A stretch of 64,000 nucleotides of DNA from Candidatus Bathyarchaeota archaeon (GTDB lineage: Archaea; Thermoproteota; Bathyarchaeia; Bathyarchaeales; Bathycorpusculaceae): contig CAWABA010000006.1 in the NCBI GenBank assembly GCA_963780185.1, positions 704,001 through 768,000 on the forward strand. Reading direction: 5' to 3'. Positions 40,641 to 50,948 of the stretch are shown one piece after another. The translations under genes were made by a program, and so were the position numbers. Every line of letters begins with the position of its first letter. Positions within the stretch are counted from its first letter, which is position 1. Below the pieces are notes generated by a model, which did no database searches, was not told where the DNA came from, and saw only the letters and a list, made by a program, of their open reading frames with translations.

Positions 40641-41810
40641 ATGAGAAGACTTCCATTACAGTTCGTCGGTTCGGTGTGTACAAACCCCAGTTTAGTCATG
40701 AGTTTCGGCAGGGGAGCTTATCGAGAATTTGTCAAATCCAAACTTGATTACCGAAATGAAGATGGAAGCAGCTCTGCACTTTGGCTGCTGAGCCTAAGAA
40801 TCACCCATCGATGCAACCACCGCTGTGCCATATGCGCGCAGTGGGGACAAAGCGGATACAACGCGAGGGATGACACGCCTAAAGTCACTGGCGAAGTCCC
40901 CGTTGAAGTTTACAAGAAAATAATAGACGAGGTTGCACCCAAGAAAGTTCATGTTTACATAACGGGCGGCGAACCGTTCCTCTATGAGTCGCTTGTTCCT
41001 TTTGTCAATTACATCAAAGAGAAGGGTCTGACAGTTCAAATCGTAACCAACGGGGTCGGGTTAGAACGTAACGCTGAAACCATCGTGGATAATGGCTGGG
41101 ACATGATATGCGTCTCTTTTGATGGCCCCAGAGAAATCCATGACAAATGCCGAGGAGTCCCCGGAGCCATGGACACAGCGATTAAAGGGTTGTCGGCAAT
41201 TCAGAGGATAAAGAAAGAGAAAAAGAAGAGAAAACCCGCCATCTTCACCCTGACCACGATTTCCCAAAATAACCAGTACACGTTGGTTGACACAGTGAGG
41301 GAAGCAGAAAAGCTGAATCCCACAGGCATAGTTATCTATTACTCGTGGTTCACGCGCGAGGAGATTGGACAGAAACACACGAAAATAGTCAATGAGAAAT
41401 TGGGGATCACGCCTTTCGCTTGGAAAGGTTATGTCCGTGACACCTCAACGTTGGACATAGACGCAATTGTTAAGCAAGTGAAGGAAATAAAAAGCAACAA
41501 ACACTTCAACAATGTTCTTTTCGTACCCGACCTCAAATTCGAAGACATCCGAACCTACTACACTGAACCAGAAAACTTCTTCGGCTACAAAAAATGCATC
41601 TCCCCCTGGTACCAACTTGACGTAATGCCGAACGGCGACGTAGTTACCTGCAGGGATTTCCCAGACTTCGTCACAGGAAACATTATGGAGTCGCCGCTAC
41701 TTGACATTTACAACAGCGAAAAACACCGCAAGTTCAGGCGCGCTCTGCGAAGCTGCGACAACGGCGTTTTTCCAATATGCTCCCGATGTTGCGGCTTAAT
41801 GGGGTATTAG
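40641..41810 (+). CDS. Radical SAM protein with SPASM/twitch domain
   Basis: CNHRCAIC, TGGEP, VTNG, SFDG; CISPW...NGDVVTC...CSRCC. Confidence 0.9.
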   Translation: MRRLPLQFVGSVCTNPSLVMSFGRGAYREFVKSKLDYRNEDGSSSALWLLSLRITHRCNHRCAICAQWGQSGYNARDDTPKVTGEVPVEVYKKIIDEVAPKKVHVYITGGEPFLYESLVPFVNYIKEKGLTVQIVTNGVGLERNAETIVDNGWDMICVSFDGPREIHDKCRGVPGAMDTAIKGLSAIQRIKKEKKKRKPAIFTLTTISQNNQYTLVDTVREAEKLNPTGIVIYYSWFTREEIGQKHTKIVNEKLGITPFAWKGYVRDTSTLDIDAIVKQVKEIKSNKHFNNVLFVPDLKFEDIRTYYTEPENFFGYKKCISPWYQLDVMPNGDVVTCRDFPDFVTGNIMESPLLDIYNSEKHRKFRRALRSCDNGVFPICSRCCGLMGY

Positions 41811-41835
41811 AATGCCCCTAGAAAGGGGTTGATCC

Positions 41836-42573
41836 ATGATGGAGCGCATCGACGTCGCCATCCTCACCTATAACAGCGCCGTAAAGCTGCGGGAATGCAT
41901 CAACTCCGTTTACATGAATGTGCCCGTCAAAAACTTGATTGTTGTGGATGGCTTTTCAACCGACGCGACGCCAGCCATCGTGAACGATTTCCAAAAGCGG
42001 TACGGCAACGTTTTGTTCATTCAGGAAAAAGGAACCAGAGCAACTGCCAGACAGACGGCAATCCGACTGGTAAAAGGCGACTGGTTCATGTTTGTAGACA
42101 GCGATGTTGTCCTATCAAAGAACTGGTTTGCCGAAGCAGAAAAGCACGTAGGCGAGGACGTGGGTGCAATCTGGGGTATCGAAATTTGGTCGGTGCTGAG
42201 GGGTAAAAAGATTTTGGCTCTTTTTGAGAGGGTTACGCTTAAGATTTTTGAGCGGCGGGGCGGAACCCACGATATGCTGATTAGGCGAAAAACGGTTGAA
42301 GACATCAAAATCCCGTTTCAGCTGCACACTTACGAGGACGCATACATCAAATCGTGGATTGAGAAGAAAGGCTACAAAGTTCTAGGCGTTTACGAACCTC
42401 ACTGCATCCATTTTCGGGCAGACACAGTTTGGACCGCCAAAAAACACGTTGAACTCATGGTCAGCGACCTCAAATTTGCCCTCCGTCGCCCCCTTCTTCT
42501 GCTGCCCTACGGCTTCTACTCCGCAGTCGTAACCTACCAAATCGCCATCAACAACATCAAGCGCGCGAACTAA
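41836..42573 (+). CDS. Glycosyltransferase family 2
   Basis: VAILTYN, VVDGFSTD, FVDSD (DxD), ED motif. Confidence 0.9.
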   Translation: MMERIDVAILTYNSAVKLRECINSVYMNVPVKNLIVVDGFSTDATPAIVNDFQKRYGNVLFIQEKGTRATARQTAIRLVKGDWFMFVDSDVVLSKNWFAEAEKHVGEDVGAIWGIEIWSVLRGKKILALFERVTLKIFERRGGTHDMLIRRKTVEDIKIPFQLHTYEDAYIKSWIEKKGYKVLGVYEPHCIHFRADTVWTAKKHVELMVSDLKFALRRPLLLLPYGFYSAVVTYQIAINNIKRAN

Positions 42574-42646
42574 AAAATCAAGATGGCAAAGACTGGTTTT
42601 CTTGCAGTTGATTGAAGAGCGAAATTTGCGTTTGCAGCTTGGGTAA

Positions 42647-42958
42647 TTATTGAAATTTGTTTGATGCTTGAAGTAGGACTTGCTGGGCAAGGTCCAATCG
42701 GATGGTTATTGATTTGCTATGCATGACAAGGGGGGTTGTTTTAAGTGAATCCTTATGGGCTTTGACATGGTTCTCTATTGCCAAGTTCATGGCTCTAAGT
42801 GACGGGATCATCAGGATCTCTTCGCTGCATTCGGGGCATTTGATGAACCCTTTTTTGAAGCGGTCATGATTTGGCTCAGAGACTACCCTCATATACATCT
42901 GTTTTAATCTTGCTTCACTTTCTTCAGAGACTATTTCAACCATGAGTGTTTTTTCCAT
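42647..42958 (-). CDS. Small C2H2-type zinc-finger protein
   Basis: CPEC...HVKAH; GGAGG SD upstream. Confidence 0.65.
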   Translation of the reverse strand: MEKTLMVEIVSEESEARLKQMYMRVVSEPNHDRFKKGFIKCPECSEEILMIPSLRAMNLAIENHVKAHKDSLKTTPLVMHSKSITIRLDLAQQVLLQASNKFQ

Positions 42959-43367
42959 TTTTTTGGCCCTCCAACTCTAATCTCATTTCTTGACTCTGAT
43001 TTAGTGAATCTGACTTAGCAATACTTGATATAAAACAATTCATAACACAGCCATATATCGGCGCAAAGCATGTGCGACCACTCCCAGCAGCATTCACCCC
43101 CAAAGTTCAAACATGAACCACGCAACCCCAATGGAAATTGCGGTACAAATTGCTCTTTTTCTACGAAAAATATTCCTTTAGTTTGGCAAGCTTAGACAAC
43201 TAATCCACAGATTTTGTCATAAGTCACACCGTGCTTTTTTTTGGAGGAATATGTTTAGCTCCTTGATTTTTTGTTTCATTTCTTGTTCGGTGAAAGAAAA
43301 TGAGTAGGGAATAGGCTAAAATAGGCTAAAATATATTCAAGCTAGAAATCAAACTAAGCGGATTGTC

Positions 43368-44163
43368 TTGGGGTTATCTCAAAAGCTTGGGCAGTTACGT
43401 AAAAGGGCACCACAATTAATAGCTATAGCCATCGTTGTTGCAGTTGTTCTTTACTTTGTTCTCGATATTTTGGATGACGTAGTTATCCAAGGCAATCCCG
43501 CGACAAGCGAGCCCCTAATTGGACTTGTCGTTTCTATAGTGAGCGGCGTCACCTCCACAGTGAAGGCGTTCGGGTACCCAGGCATCTTCGTGCTGATGTT
43601 TCTTGAAACCAGTTCGGTCCCTATTCCAAGCGAGGTCATTCTTCCTTTCGCGGGTTACTTGAGTTTCTCTGGGCAATTTAACGTTTATTTGGTCGTGGCA
43701 GTTTCGACATTTGCAGGGATATTTGGTGCATTAATTGACTACTACATTGGGCTAAAAGGCGTCGAATCCCTCATCAAGCATAAGATATTGGGAAAAGTCA
43801 TTCTGTCAACAGGTCAACTTCAAGTGGCGGAGAAATGGTTTGACAAACATGGCAGCATTGTTGTTTTTGCAAGCCGACTAATCCCTGGTTTTAGAACAAC
43901 CTTTTCTTTTCCCGCAGGAGCAGCAAAGATGCCACTAAAAAAATTCCTCGCTTACACTACCGCAGGTTGTCTCCTGTGGAACGCTATTCTGGTTTACTTG
44001 GGCTGGTATTTGGGTCAGAATTGGAAAGAGGTTGCGGGAATATCCCGTTACTTTATTCTAGGCATCAGTAGCCGCGGTTGTGATTTTGGTTGTCGGATAC
44101 TTGCTCGTTAGACGAAGAAATATGCGTAAACAAAAACTGTTGCCAGCGCAAACGGGCGTTTAG
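43368..44163 (+). CDS. DedA-family membrane protein, 3' frameshift near 44060
   Basis: LETSSVPIPSEVILPFAG, SRLIPGFRT.FSFPAG; the last TM continues in an alternate frame to TAG 44163. Confidence 0.88.
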
Positions 44164-45185
44164 ATTAGTTTTGTTATTTTCGGTTTCACTTCGCCTTTTA
44201 ACCCGAGGGCTTTTGCTTCCGTAACCTGCAGCATACAGTCGACACTTGAAGCGTCATTGAATGTTTTGTAATCCACCGTTTCGAGGAAGGCGCCGTCGAT
44301 TGAAACTGCTGAATCTGAAGCGAAGATTCCGACGTCTTTCATGACGGGTTCGCCTGGCATCGGTAAGCAGTCGCAGTTTGCAGTGATATCTTTGGCAAAG
44401 CTGACGAACGACACTTTCTTCGGCTTAAAGGTTGATAGAACCCCGTAGGCAGCTGAGGCGAGCGCCTTGCAGAAATCCGCCTGGTCTACGAAGCTTATGG
44501 CTTCCATTGGGCAAGCGTGCTTGCACATTGGGCAACGCATACACAGAGCTGAAGTGTTGTGTGCTTTTCCCTCAATAATATCAGGCAAATGGAGCGCGCA
44601 AGCGGCTTTGCATTTGCCGCAGCCAATGCATTTGGAAGTGTCTATTTCTAGCCCCACTACCCGATGTTGCCTGAGTTTTCCAGTTCTTGGCGTGCAGCCC
44701 ATGCCGAGGTTTTTTATGGCGCCGCCGAAACCGCTGAGTTCATGACCCTTGTCATGCGTGACAACAATCATGGCGTCGGCTTCCGCAATCATACCTGACA
44801 CCTCGATCTCGTGTAGGATGCCTTTGGTTGGAACAATTCGGAAATTTTCGCTTTTTAAGCCGTCAGCTGGGAAGAAGGGCGCCATGTTGAACCCGTTTGT
44901 CAACGCATTCATCGTGTGGTCGTAGCCGTTGCTGCGTTGGCCACCGTAGAGAGTGCTTGAGTCGGTGATGAAGGGTTTTCCGCCTGCTTCCTTAACCCTG
45001 CGCGCTATGTCGTTGACAAAAAAAGGCTGAACATAATACGGGTTGCCAAGCTCACCTACATGCAGCTTGATGGCTACGAGGTCGCCTTTCTGTACGCAGT
45101 CAAAGGTGCCTGCTTCTTCGTAGAGGCGGTTAGCCTCCTCCAACAAGTTACGAGATGGGTCCCAAGGAACTAAATGAACCGCCAT
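44160..45185 (-). CDS. DUF362-domain protein with 2x[4Fe-4S]
   Basis: VAIKLHVGE, H.KGH...GFGGAIKNLGMG, CIGCGKC and CMRCPMC..ACP. Confidence 0.88.
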   Translation of the reverse strand: MAVHLVPWDPSRNLLEEANRLYEEAGTFDCVQKGDLVAIKLHVGELGNPYYVQPFFVNDIARRVKEAGGKPFITDSSTLYGGQRSNGYDHTMNALTNGFNMAPFFPADGLKSENFRIVPTKGILHEIEVSGMIAEADAMIVVTHDKGHELSGFGGAIKNLGMGCTPRTGKLRQHRVVGLEIDTSKCIGCGKCKAACALHLPDIIEGKAHNTSALCMRCPMCKHACPMEAISFVDQADFCKALASAAYGVLSTFKPKKVSFVSFAKDITANCDCLPMPGEPVMKDVGIFASDSAVSIDGAFLETVDYKTFNDASSVDCMLQVTEAKALGLKGEVKPKITKLI

Positions 45186-45274
45186 GTAAAGAGTCTCCTG
45201 CCCAACTACCAGACAAAGAACCCGATATAAACTGGTCGGTGACTAATCGACAGTTGTTTTGTGTTTTTTCGTAG

Positions 45275-45330
45275 GGGCACCCGATAGGTAGGCAAAGCAT
45301 ATACGGAAAGACGGTACACTTTGACGGTAC
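45275..45330 (+). repeat. 56-bp element, copy C
   Basis: gggcacccgataggtaggcaaa-GCATATAC-ggaaa-GACGGTAC-acttt-GACGGTAC, 14 nt before ATG 45345. Confidence 0.85.
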
Positions 45331-45344
45331 AGAGAGGCTTGTGT

Positions 45345-45683
45345 ATGCCTAAGGCAAGAAAAGGCTTCAGGTTCAACCCCCAAATCTACGACACCTTCCA
45401 AGAGTTAGCATCAAAAAACGGCTACACAGTGACAGCCGCTTTTGAAAAATTCATGTCCGACGCAATCAAGTACGGGCTATCCTTCCCATCAGACAAGAAC
45501 GCTGCTTTGGAAGCTGAAGCCCGCGTAATGTTGACCTGGCTTAAGGCGGGCAAATACTGGGTTAATCTGGGCGGCAAAGAAGAAACCAGCACCAGAGGAC
45601 GATTGCTGCAGTTGCTGCCGAAAATTGGTAGCGCCGAGCTGCGGAGAGATATCGAAGAAACGTTGAAAACCATGCCTAGTTAG
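45345..45683 (+). CDS. Small protein with RHH/CopG-like N-terminus
   Basis: KARKGFRFNPQIYDTFQELASKNGYTVTAAFEKFM strand-helix-turn(G)-helix pattern; close paralog at 36223-36558. Confidence 0.7.
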   Translation: MPKARKGFRFNPQIYDTFQELASKNGYTVTAAFEKFMSDAIKYGLSFPSDKNAALEAEARVMLTWLKAGKYWVNLGGKEETSTRGRLLQLLPKIGSAELRRDIEETLKTMPS

Positions 45684-45844
45684 TTCGGGCAGACGGCAAG
45701 ATTCTTGCCATGGGTTTCTCTTTGGATGGAGCGTAAATTGGGGATGGGATTGAACTTGTTTTTTCTTATTGTATGCTGATTTGTTTTTCCGAATGGAATA
45801 TACGCAGGCAGTCCATATCGGTATTTTCAAAGTTGTAGCACCCT

Positions 45845-46747
45845 ATGGGCAAGCTAGAATGTAACGGTTTATCAAAGGTTTACCAGGACCAACGCAAAGC
45901 GTTGGAAAACGTCACTTTCACAGTGGACACAAACGGCATCTTCGGCTTAATCGGCAGGAACGGCGCGGGAAAAACCACGCTCATCCGAATTTTAGCCACT
46001 GAACTTCAACCCACCGCTGGAACCGCAAGCATAAACGGTTTGGACATTCAAAAGCAGGAGGGAAAGCTTCGGGAAAGAATCGCGATTGTTCCGCAGGAAG
46101 CCCGCACTATTAGGTGGATGACGGCTAAGCAGATTGTTATGTCGTATCTTCTTTGGCGGGGTTACGGCTATGGTGAAGCGAAGAGGCTTGCTGATGAGTC
46201 ACTTGCTAAGCTTAACCTGCAAGAATTCGCAGATGTTTTGACCAGTCGACTTTCAGGTGGCACAAAACGGAAGGTTCTTCTGGCAACAGTGATGGCGTCT
46301 GAGGCAGATGTTATTTTTCTTGATGAGCCTACAACGGGTTTGGATCCGATTTCAAGAAGGGAACTTTGGGAAATCCTCAGGACTCTTGGTAAAGAACGTT
46401 TTATTTTTCTTACGACACATTACTTGGAAGAGGCAGAGGAGCTTGCGGACAAAATTGGTATTCTAAAAGATGGACAGCTAATTTCCGTCGGAACTCTTTC
46501 GGAGATTAGAAAAACTTCAAAATACCAGTACAGCATTAAATTGCCGCTTAAGGCGCCAGTTCCAGCGGTGAACGACGGTGAAGTAACCACAGAAGCGCAT
46601 GGATGCACTCAGATAATGACCAACGAAAACGAAGCTTTCCGCATAGCCAAACTGCTGTCTGAACAGGGAATCAAGTTCTCAATCAACCCCGTGACTTTGG
46701 ACGACATTTTCTTCTCTCTTGTGGGTGAAAAAGCGAGGGACGAATAG
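45845..46747 (+). CDS. ABC exporter ATP-binding protein
   Basis: GRNGAGKTT, LSGG, LDEPTTGLDP, TTHYLEEAE. Confidence 0.95.
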   Translation: MGKLECNGLSKVYQDQRKALENVTFTVDTNGIFGLIGRNGAGKTTLIRILATELQPTAGTASINGLDIQKQEGKLRERIAIVPQEARTIRWMTAKQIVMSYLLWRGYGYGEAKRLADESLAKLNLQEFADVLTSRLSGGTKRKVLLATVMASEADVIFLDEPTTGLDPISRRELWEILRTLGKERFIFLTTHYLEEAEELADKIGILKDGQLISVGTLSEIRKTSKYQYSIKLPLKAPVPAVNDGEVTTEAHGCTQIMTNENEAFRIAKLLSEQGIKFSINPVTLDDIFFSLVGEKARDE

Positions 46748-47490
46748 TGAAACGCAACAAACTCAGCCAAATCCTCGCAGGGGTACTTGTAAACGCCGTC
46801 TACGAAATGAAAAATTACCCCATCGTCTTAATCAGCACCGTTATCTCCCCGCTTTCCCTTTTAGCAGTCGTCACCTTTGTGAGTAAAGGCAGCCTTTTCG
46901 GAACAGCCATCGAAGGCGGCTTAATCATGACTTTTTTCTCCAGCGGCATCGCACTACAATCTGACCTATCCCACTTGAAAAACGACTTTAAACTGCAGGA
47001 TATGGTTGTCAGTTCCCCTACGACTGCACGAGTCTACATGGGCGGGATGGCTCTTGCAGAAATCGTCTACTCTCTGCCAAGCATAGCCATTTTGGTCGCT
47101 TTAACGGGCATCTACCTGCATCCTTCCCTTCTTCAAATTGCAATCTTATCCATTGTCCTCTTAGTGATGTTCGCGATTTCAGTGGCGTTAGGTTTCATGT
47201 TATCAACTTTCTCAGCCGACGTAGTTCAAAGCTACGCGTTTTCCAGGCTGCTATCCCTGCTGTTTGCGACGTTGCCCCCAGTCTACTACCCGATAACTTA
47301 CATTCCGTCGCCATTCAACTACCTCGCTTACCTGTCGCCGACCACGTATGCAGCGGAAATCATGCATTCTGCAACGGGTTACCTGAAAATTTCTCTGAAT
47401 TTGCTCATTTTCGATTGGGTTGTACTATTGGCGGTAGGCGGAGTTATCCTTTTTATCGCGGTAAAGAAGACCAGATGGAAAGACGTGTAA
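46747..47490 (+). CDS. ABC-2 permease
   Basis: About 6 TM; PVYYP...LSPTTYA. Confidence 0.9.
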   Translation: MKRNKLSQILAGVLVNAVYEMKNYPIVLISTVISPLSLLAVVTFVSKGSLFGTAIEGGLIMTFFSSGIALQSDLSHLKNDFKLQDMVVSSPTTARVYMGGMALAEIVYSLPSIAILVALTGIYLHPSLLQIAILSIVLLVMFAISVALGFMLSTFSADVVQSYAFSRLLSLLFATLPPVYYPITYIPSPFNYLAYLSPTTYAAEIMHSATGYLKISLNLLIFDWVVLLAVGGVILFIAVKKTRWKDV

Positions 47491-47492
47491 AC

Positions 47493-47744
47493 CTAATATT
47501 TTTTTCCATCGGCAAGTTTCTTGCCAATCTCAGCGACATCGGCTTCGCTGTCCGCTAAAATGTTGATCCACAGTTCAAACTCGGCTTTCGAAATTTCTTT
47601 TTGGATAACGCCTTTTTGGTCGCCTGAAAAAAACCTTGAGGACCCAGTGGAAAAAAGTTTGACGTAGAAGATTCTGTCGGCTATTGTGATTTTTGAGGAG
47701 CAGCCTGCCTTTTCTCCTGCGCAGTAGTTAACCTCGTATGGCAT
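47493..47744 (-). CDS. Hypothetical protein
   Basis: 83-aa ORF with TATA-like TTTAAGTA upstream. Confidence 0.6.
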   Translation of the reverse strand: MPYEVNYCAGEKAGCSSKITIADRIFYVKLFSTGSSRFFSGDQKGVIQKEISKAEFELWINILADSEADVAEIGKKLADGKKY

Positions 47745-47923
47745 GTTTGAACCCGTCTTTGAGAAGCGCTGGTTTGTTACTTAAATTTTCTCTTTTGAAA
47801 GCATCCACCTTGCCAATTCAAATTTAATTTTTGGCTATAGATTCTATATAGTTTATCAAGTGAATCTCTATAGGAGCCTTCATGCTTTCACATGGTTGAA
47901 CATGTGGAAGAGGTGAAAAAAGA

Positions 47924-48097
47924 ATGCTATCACGAGACTGCGACGGCTGCACCAAACTCAGAGAATGCAGCGTCCGCTACAAAAAAGCCCTCAGAGGAGA
48001 CAAGGTTTACTGCCCCGACGGAACAGCGCACTTGATTGACAGCTCCAGCGTAAATCAAAGTGAAGATTTAGTGTGCTTCTTTGAAGCGTTTCAATAA
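47924..48097 (+). CDS. 57-aa Cys-rich small protein (not in ORF track)
   Basis: MLSRDCDGCTKLRECSVRYKKALRGDKVYCPDGTAHLID...; strong GAGGTGA SD. Confidence 0.7.
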   Translation: MLSRDCDGCTKLRECSVRYKKALRGDKVYCPDGTAHLIDSSSVNQSEDLVCFFEAFQ

Positions 48098-48283
48098 TGC
48101 GAATAACCAAAAAAGCCTGAAAGGCTGCTAATCATGGATTGGCAGGTATTTATTTTTGGTATTTCGATTTTTTTCTTGGTTTTGTTTGGTCAACCATGTT
48201 TTTTATATAGTAAAACTCCATATAATATATAGTCTATATAGAGACACCTAATATAATTAGGCTGTCATAGAAAGCATATTGAC

Positions 48284-49342
48284 GTGTCCGCATTGACTAC
48301 GGAAGTTCAGAAACAAAACGAGGAGCAACGCAAGCTCCAAGTAACCGGTGGATCAACATTCATTCTTTCTCTTCCCAAAGAGTGGGCAATCCGAAACGAG
48401 CTTAAAAGAGGAAGCTCAATGGTTGTCCGCGAGGAAGACGACGGATCCCTTTGCGTTGCGCCTTCAAAATTTGCAAAAAAAGAAAAACAAGACGAAGCCT
48501 ACATCAAAGCCTCGGTAAGCGATAACCCTGACGCCATCATGAGAACGGCGATTTCGGCTTATTTAAGCGGCTACAACATTTTGCATATTAAGCCGCCTAA
48601 CCAAAAAGTGCTCTCATCCAAAGTTCGAAATCACCTGAAGACTTTTGCAAGGCATTATCTAGTCGGCACAGAAATCGTTATTGACACGCCGACGGAATTG
48701 ACGCTTCAAGTGCTACTTAATTACCCTGAGCTCACGGTTCAGAACGCGTTGAGTCGAATGTCAATAATTGCTTCATCCATGCATAAGGAAGCCTTGACGG
48801 CGCTCAAAAAACTGGATTATTCAGCGGCAAAATCCGTAATTGAAACAGACCGCGAAGTAAACCGTTTTGGGCTCTACATTGTTAGGCTTCTCAAGTTGGC
48901 TGTTTCAAACCCGCGGATCGTAAAAGAAATCGGGTTAAACTCTCAGAGAGACTGCTTGGGTTATAGGCTTATTGCGAAAGCCGTTGAGAGGACCGCGGAT
49001 CACGCGACCAAAATCGCTGAAAACACGATGAGCCTAAAAGAGCAGGTGCCCGCAGAGGTTTCGGAAAAGATAAGTGAACTCAGCGGTTTGGCTATATTGA
49101 TGTTTGAGAATTCCATGGACGCCTTGTTCAGACGCGACTTTAACCTGGCTGAAAACGTCATCGAAAGAATAAATCAGGTGCATAAACTGGAGAAGGAAAC
49201 CGTGCTTTCCATGCAAAACATCAAAACTGAAGACGCCGTGAACCTGAGATTGGCAATTGAAAGCGTGCGAAGAACAGCAGAATACGCCAGCGACATTTCA
49301 GAAGTCGTCCTAAACTTAAACGTCGAATCGGTACTGGGATAA
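48284..49342 (+). CDS. Phosphate uptake regulator, AbrB-PhoU type
   Basis: RKLQVTGGSTFILSLPKEW AbrB domain plus PhoU repeats (ERTADHA, RRTAEY). Confidence 0.9.
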   Translation: MSALTTEVQKQNEEQRKLQVTGGSTFILSLPKEWAIRNELKRGSSMVVREEDDGSLCVAPSKFAKKEKQDEAYIKASVSDNPDAIMRTAISAYLSGYNILHIKPPNQKVLSSKVRNHLKTFARHYLVGTEIVIDTPTELTLQVLLNYPELTVQNALSRMSIIASSMHKEALTALKKLDYSAAKSVIETDREVNRFGLYIVRLLKLAVSNPRIVKEIGLNSQRDCLGYRLIAKAVERTADHATKIAENTMSLKEQVPAEVSEKISELSGLAILMFENSMDALFRRDFNLAENVIERINQVHKLEKETVLSMQNIKTEDAVNLRLAIESVRRTAEYASDISEVVLNLNVESVLG

Positions 49343-49445
49343 TTCTCTAAACTTTTTCCCTCACCTTTTAGGGTGACCACTTCTTTTTTTGGGATTGAAA
49401 AGGAGTGGGGTTGCCGATTTGTTTGGCAAATTTTCTTTTCGATTT

Positions 49446-50111
49446 TTACCGTAGCGTTACTTTTTCGCCTGTTGCGATGTAGACGACGGCTTCCATGATG
49501 TGCATGGCGTGGTTGGCGATGCGTTCAAGGTACCTTACAACGAGGACGCTGGAGATTGTGCATTCGTTGGTGACGGCTGCCCGCTCGACAAGTTTATCCA
49601 GAAACTCGAAGTAAGTTTTGTCTACTGCGGATTCTTCTTCAGTCATGCTCTTGACAAGTACAGGATCTAAACGTTTGAGTGAGTTGATGCTTACCCGGAC
49701 CATTTCGAGGACTCTTTCAGCCATTTTTTTGATGTATTCAAATATCCATTCGTCGCAGTTGGCGGTTTTTCCGTTGAAACGGGAGGAGACGAAGGATATG
49801 TCCCAGGCGTATCTGCCGAAGCGTTCGAAGTCGTAGGCTACTTTCATGTAAGAGTTTATTATTCGCAGGTCGGAGGCAACAGGCTGATACTTAGCGATTA
49901 GGCTGAAGGCTTTTTCTTCCACTTCCACGGCTCTGTTTACAAGAATTTCCGAGAGTTCATGGACGTCTTTTGTGAAGTCTCTGCCTTCGACAAAGCCGTT
50001 TATTGACGCGGACAGGGCTTTCTCTGCAACCCCGCCCATCTTAAAAACCATCACGGTCAATTCTTCTAATCCAGCATCAATTAGTCTTTCCATATTGTTC
50101 ACCTTATCCAA
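49446..50111 (-). CDS. phoU: Phosphate signalling protein PhoU
   Basis: [27 protein letters not shown]...YIATG. Confidence 0.92.
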   Translation of the reverse strand: MDKVNNMERLIDAGLEELTVMVFKMGGVAEKALSASINGFVEGRDFTKDVHELSEILVNRAVEVEEKAFSLIAKYQPVASDLRIINSYMKVAYDFERFGRYAWDISFVSSRFNGKTANCDEWIFEYIKKMAERVLEMVRVSINSLKRLDPVLVKSMTEEESAVDKTYFEFLDKLVERAAVTNECTISSVLVVRYLERIANHAMHIMEAVVYIATGEKVTLR

Positions 50112-50910
50112 ATTTCCCTGTTATGTATTTTTCGGTTAACTCGCTTTTCGGGTTCTCAAACACTGCCGATGTTTCGCCGAATTCTTCTAGTTTTCCAATG
50201 TACATGAATGCGGTGTAGTCTGATATGCGCGCAGCTTGCTGCAGGTTGTGAGTAACAATGACTACCGTGAACTCCTTCTTTAACTGAACAATTGATTCCT
50301 CAACCTTGGCAGTTGCCGTCGGGTCAAGAGCGGAACAAGGCTCATCCATAAGGATAACTTCAGGCTCAACCGCGAGAGCCCGTGCGATGCACAGCCTCTG
50401 TTGCTGTCCACCCGACAGAGCAGTTCCAGGCTTCTTTAAGTCACACTTGACTTCATCCCAAAGAAACGCCATTCGAAGACTCTTTTCCGCCAGTTCGTTT
50501 AGCTTTTGTTTATCTCTTACACCGTTTAGCTTCAGACCGGCTACCACGTTATCGTAAATAGACATTGTAGGAAAAGGATTGGCTTTTTGGAAAACCATGC
50601 CTATTCGTCTGCGAATCGCAACTGGATCAACTTGGGGCGCGTAAATGTTTTCCCCATCCAAAATAACTTCGCCTTCGACTTTTGCATTTGGAGTTAACTC
50701 ATGAATCCGGTTGAGGCATCTAATCAAGGTAGTTTTTCCGCATCCTGAAGGACCCATAATGGCAGTTACCTTATTTTGCGGGAAGCTCAAATTGATCCCC
50801 TTCAGAACTTCTACTTTGCCAAATTTAGCTCTCAAATCTTTTGTTGACAGCTTAACTGTCGATGAATCCAGATCTTTATATTTACTTATTATAAATTGGC
50901 CCCCTAACAT
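50104..50910 (-). CDS. pstB: Phosphate ABC transporter ATPase
   Basis: [43 protein letters not shown]. Confidence 0.96.
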   Translation of the reverse strand: MLGGQFIISKYKDLDSSTVKLSTKDLRAKFGKVEVLKGINLSFPQNKVTAIMGPSGCGKTTLIRCLNRIHELTPNAKVEGEVILDGENIYAPQVDPVAIRRRIGMVFQKANPFPTMSIYDNVVAGLKLNGVRDKQKLNELAEKSLRMAFLWDEVKCDLKKPGTALSGGQQQRLCIARALAVEPEVILMDEPCSALDPTATAKVEESIVQLKKEFTVVIVTHNLQQAARISDYTAFMYIGKLEEFGETSAVFENPKSELTEKYITGKFG

Positions 50911-50948
50911 GATTCTTTATGCATCCTATTGAATTTTTAGTCGTCATC

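Noticed and set aside
43040-43330. Short hydrophobic minus-strand reading fragments upstream of dedA
   Set aside because: They are interrupted by stops and have no coherent start, so they cannot be supported as a gene.
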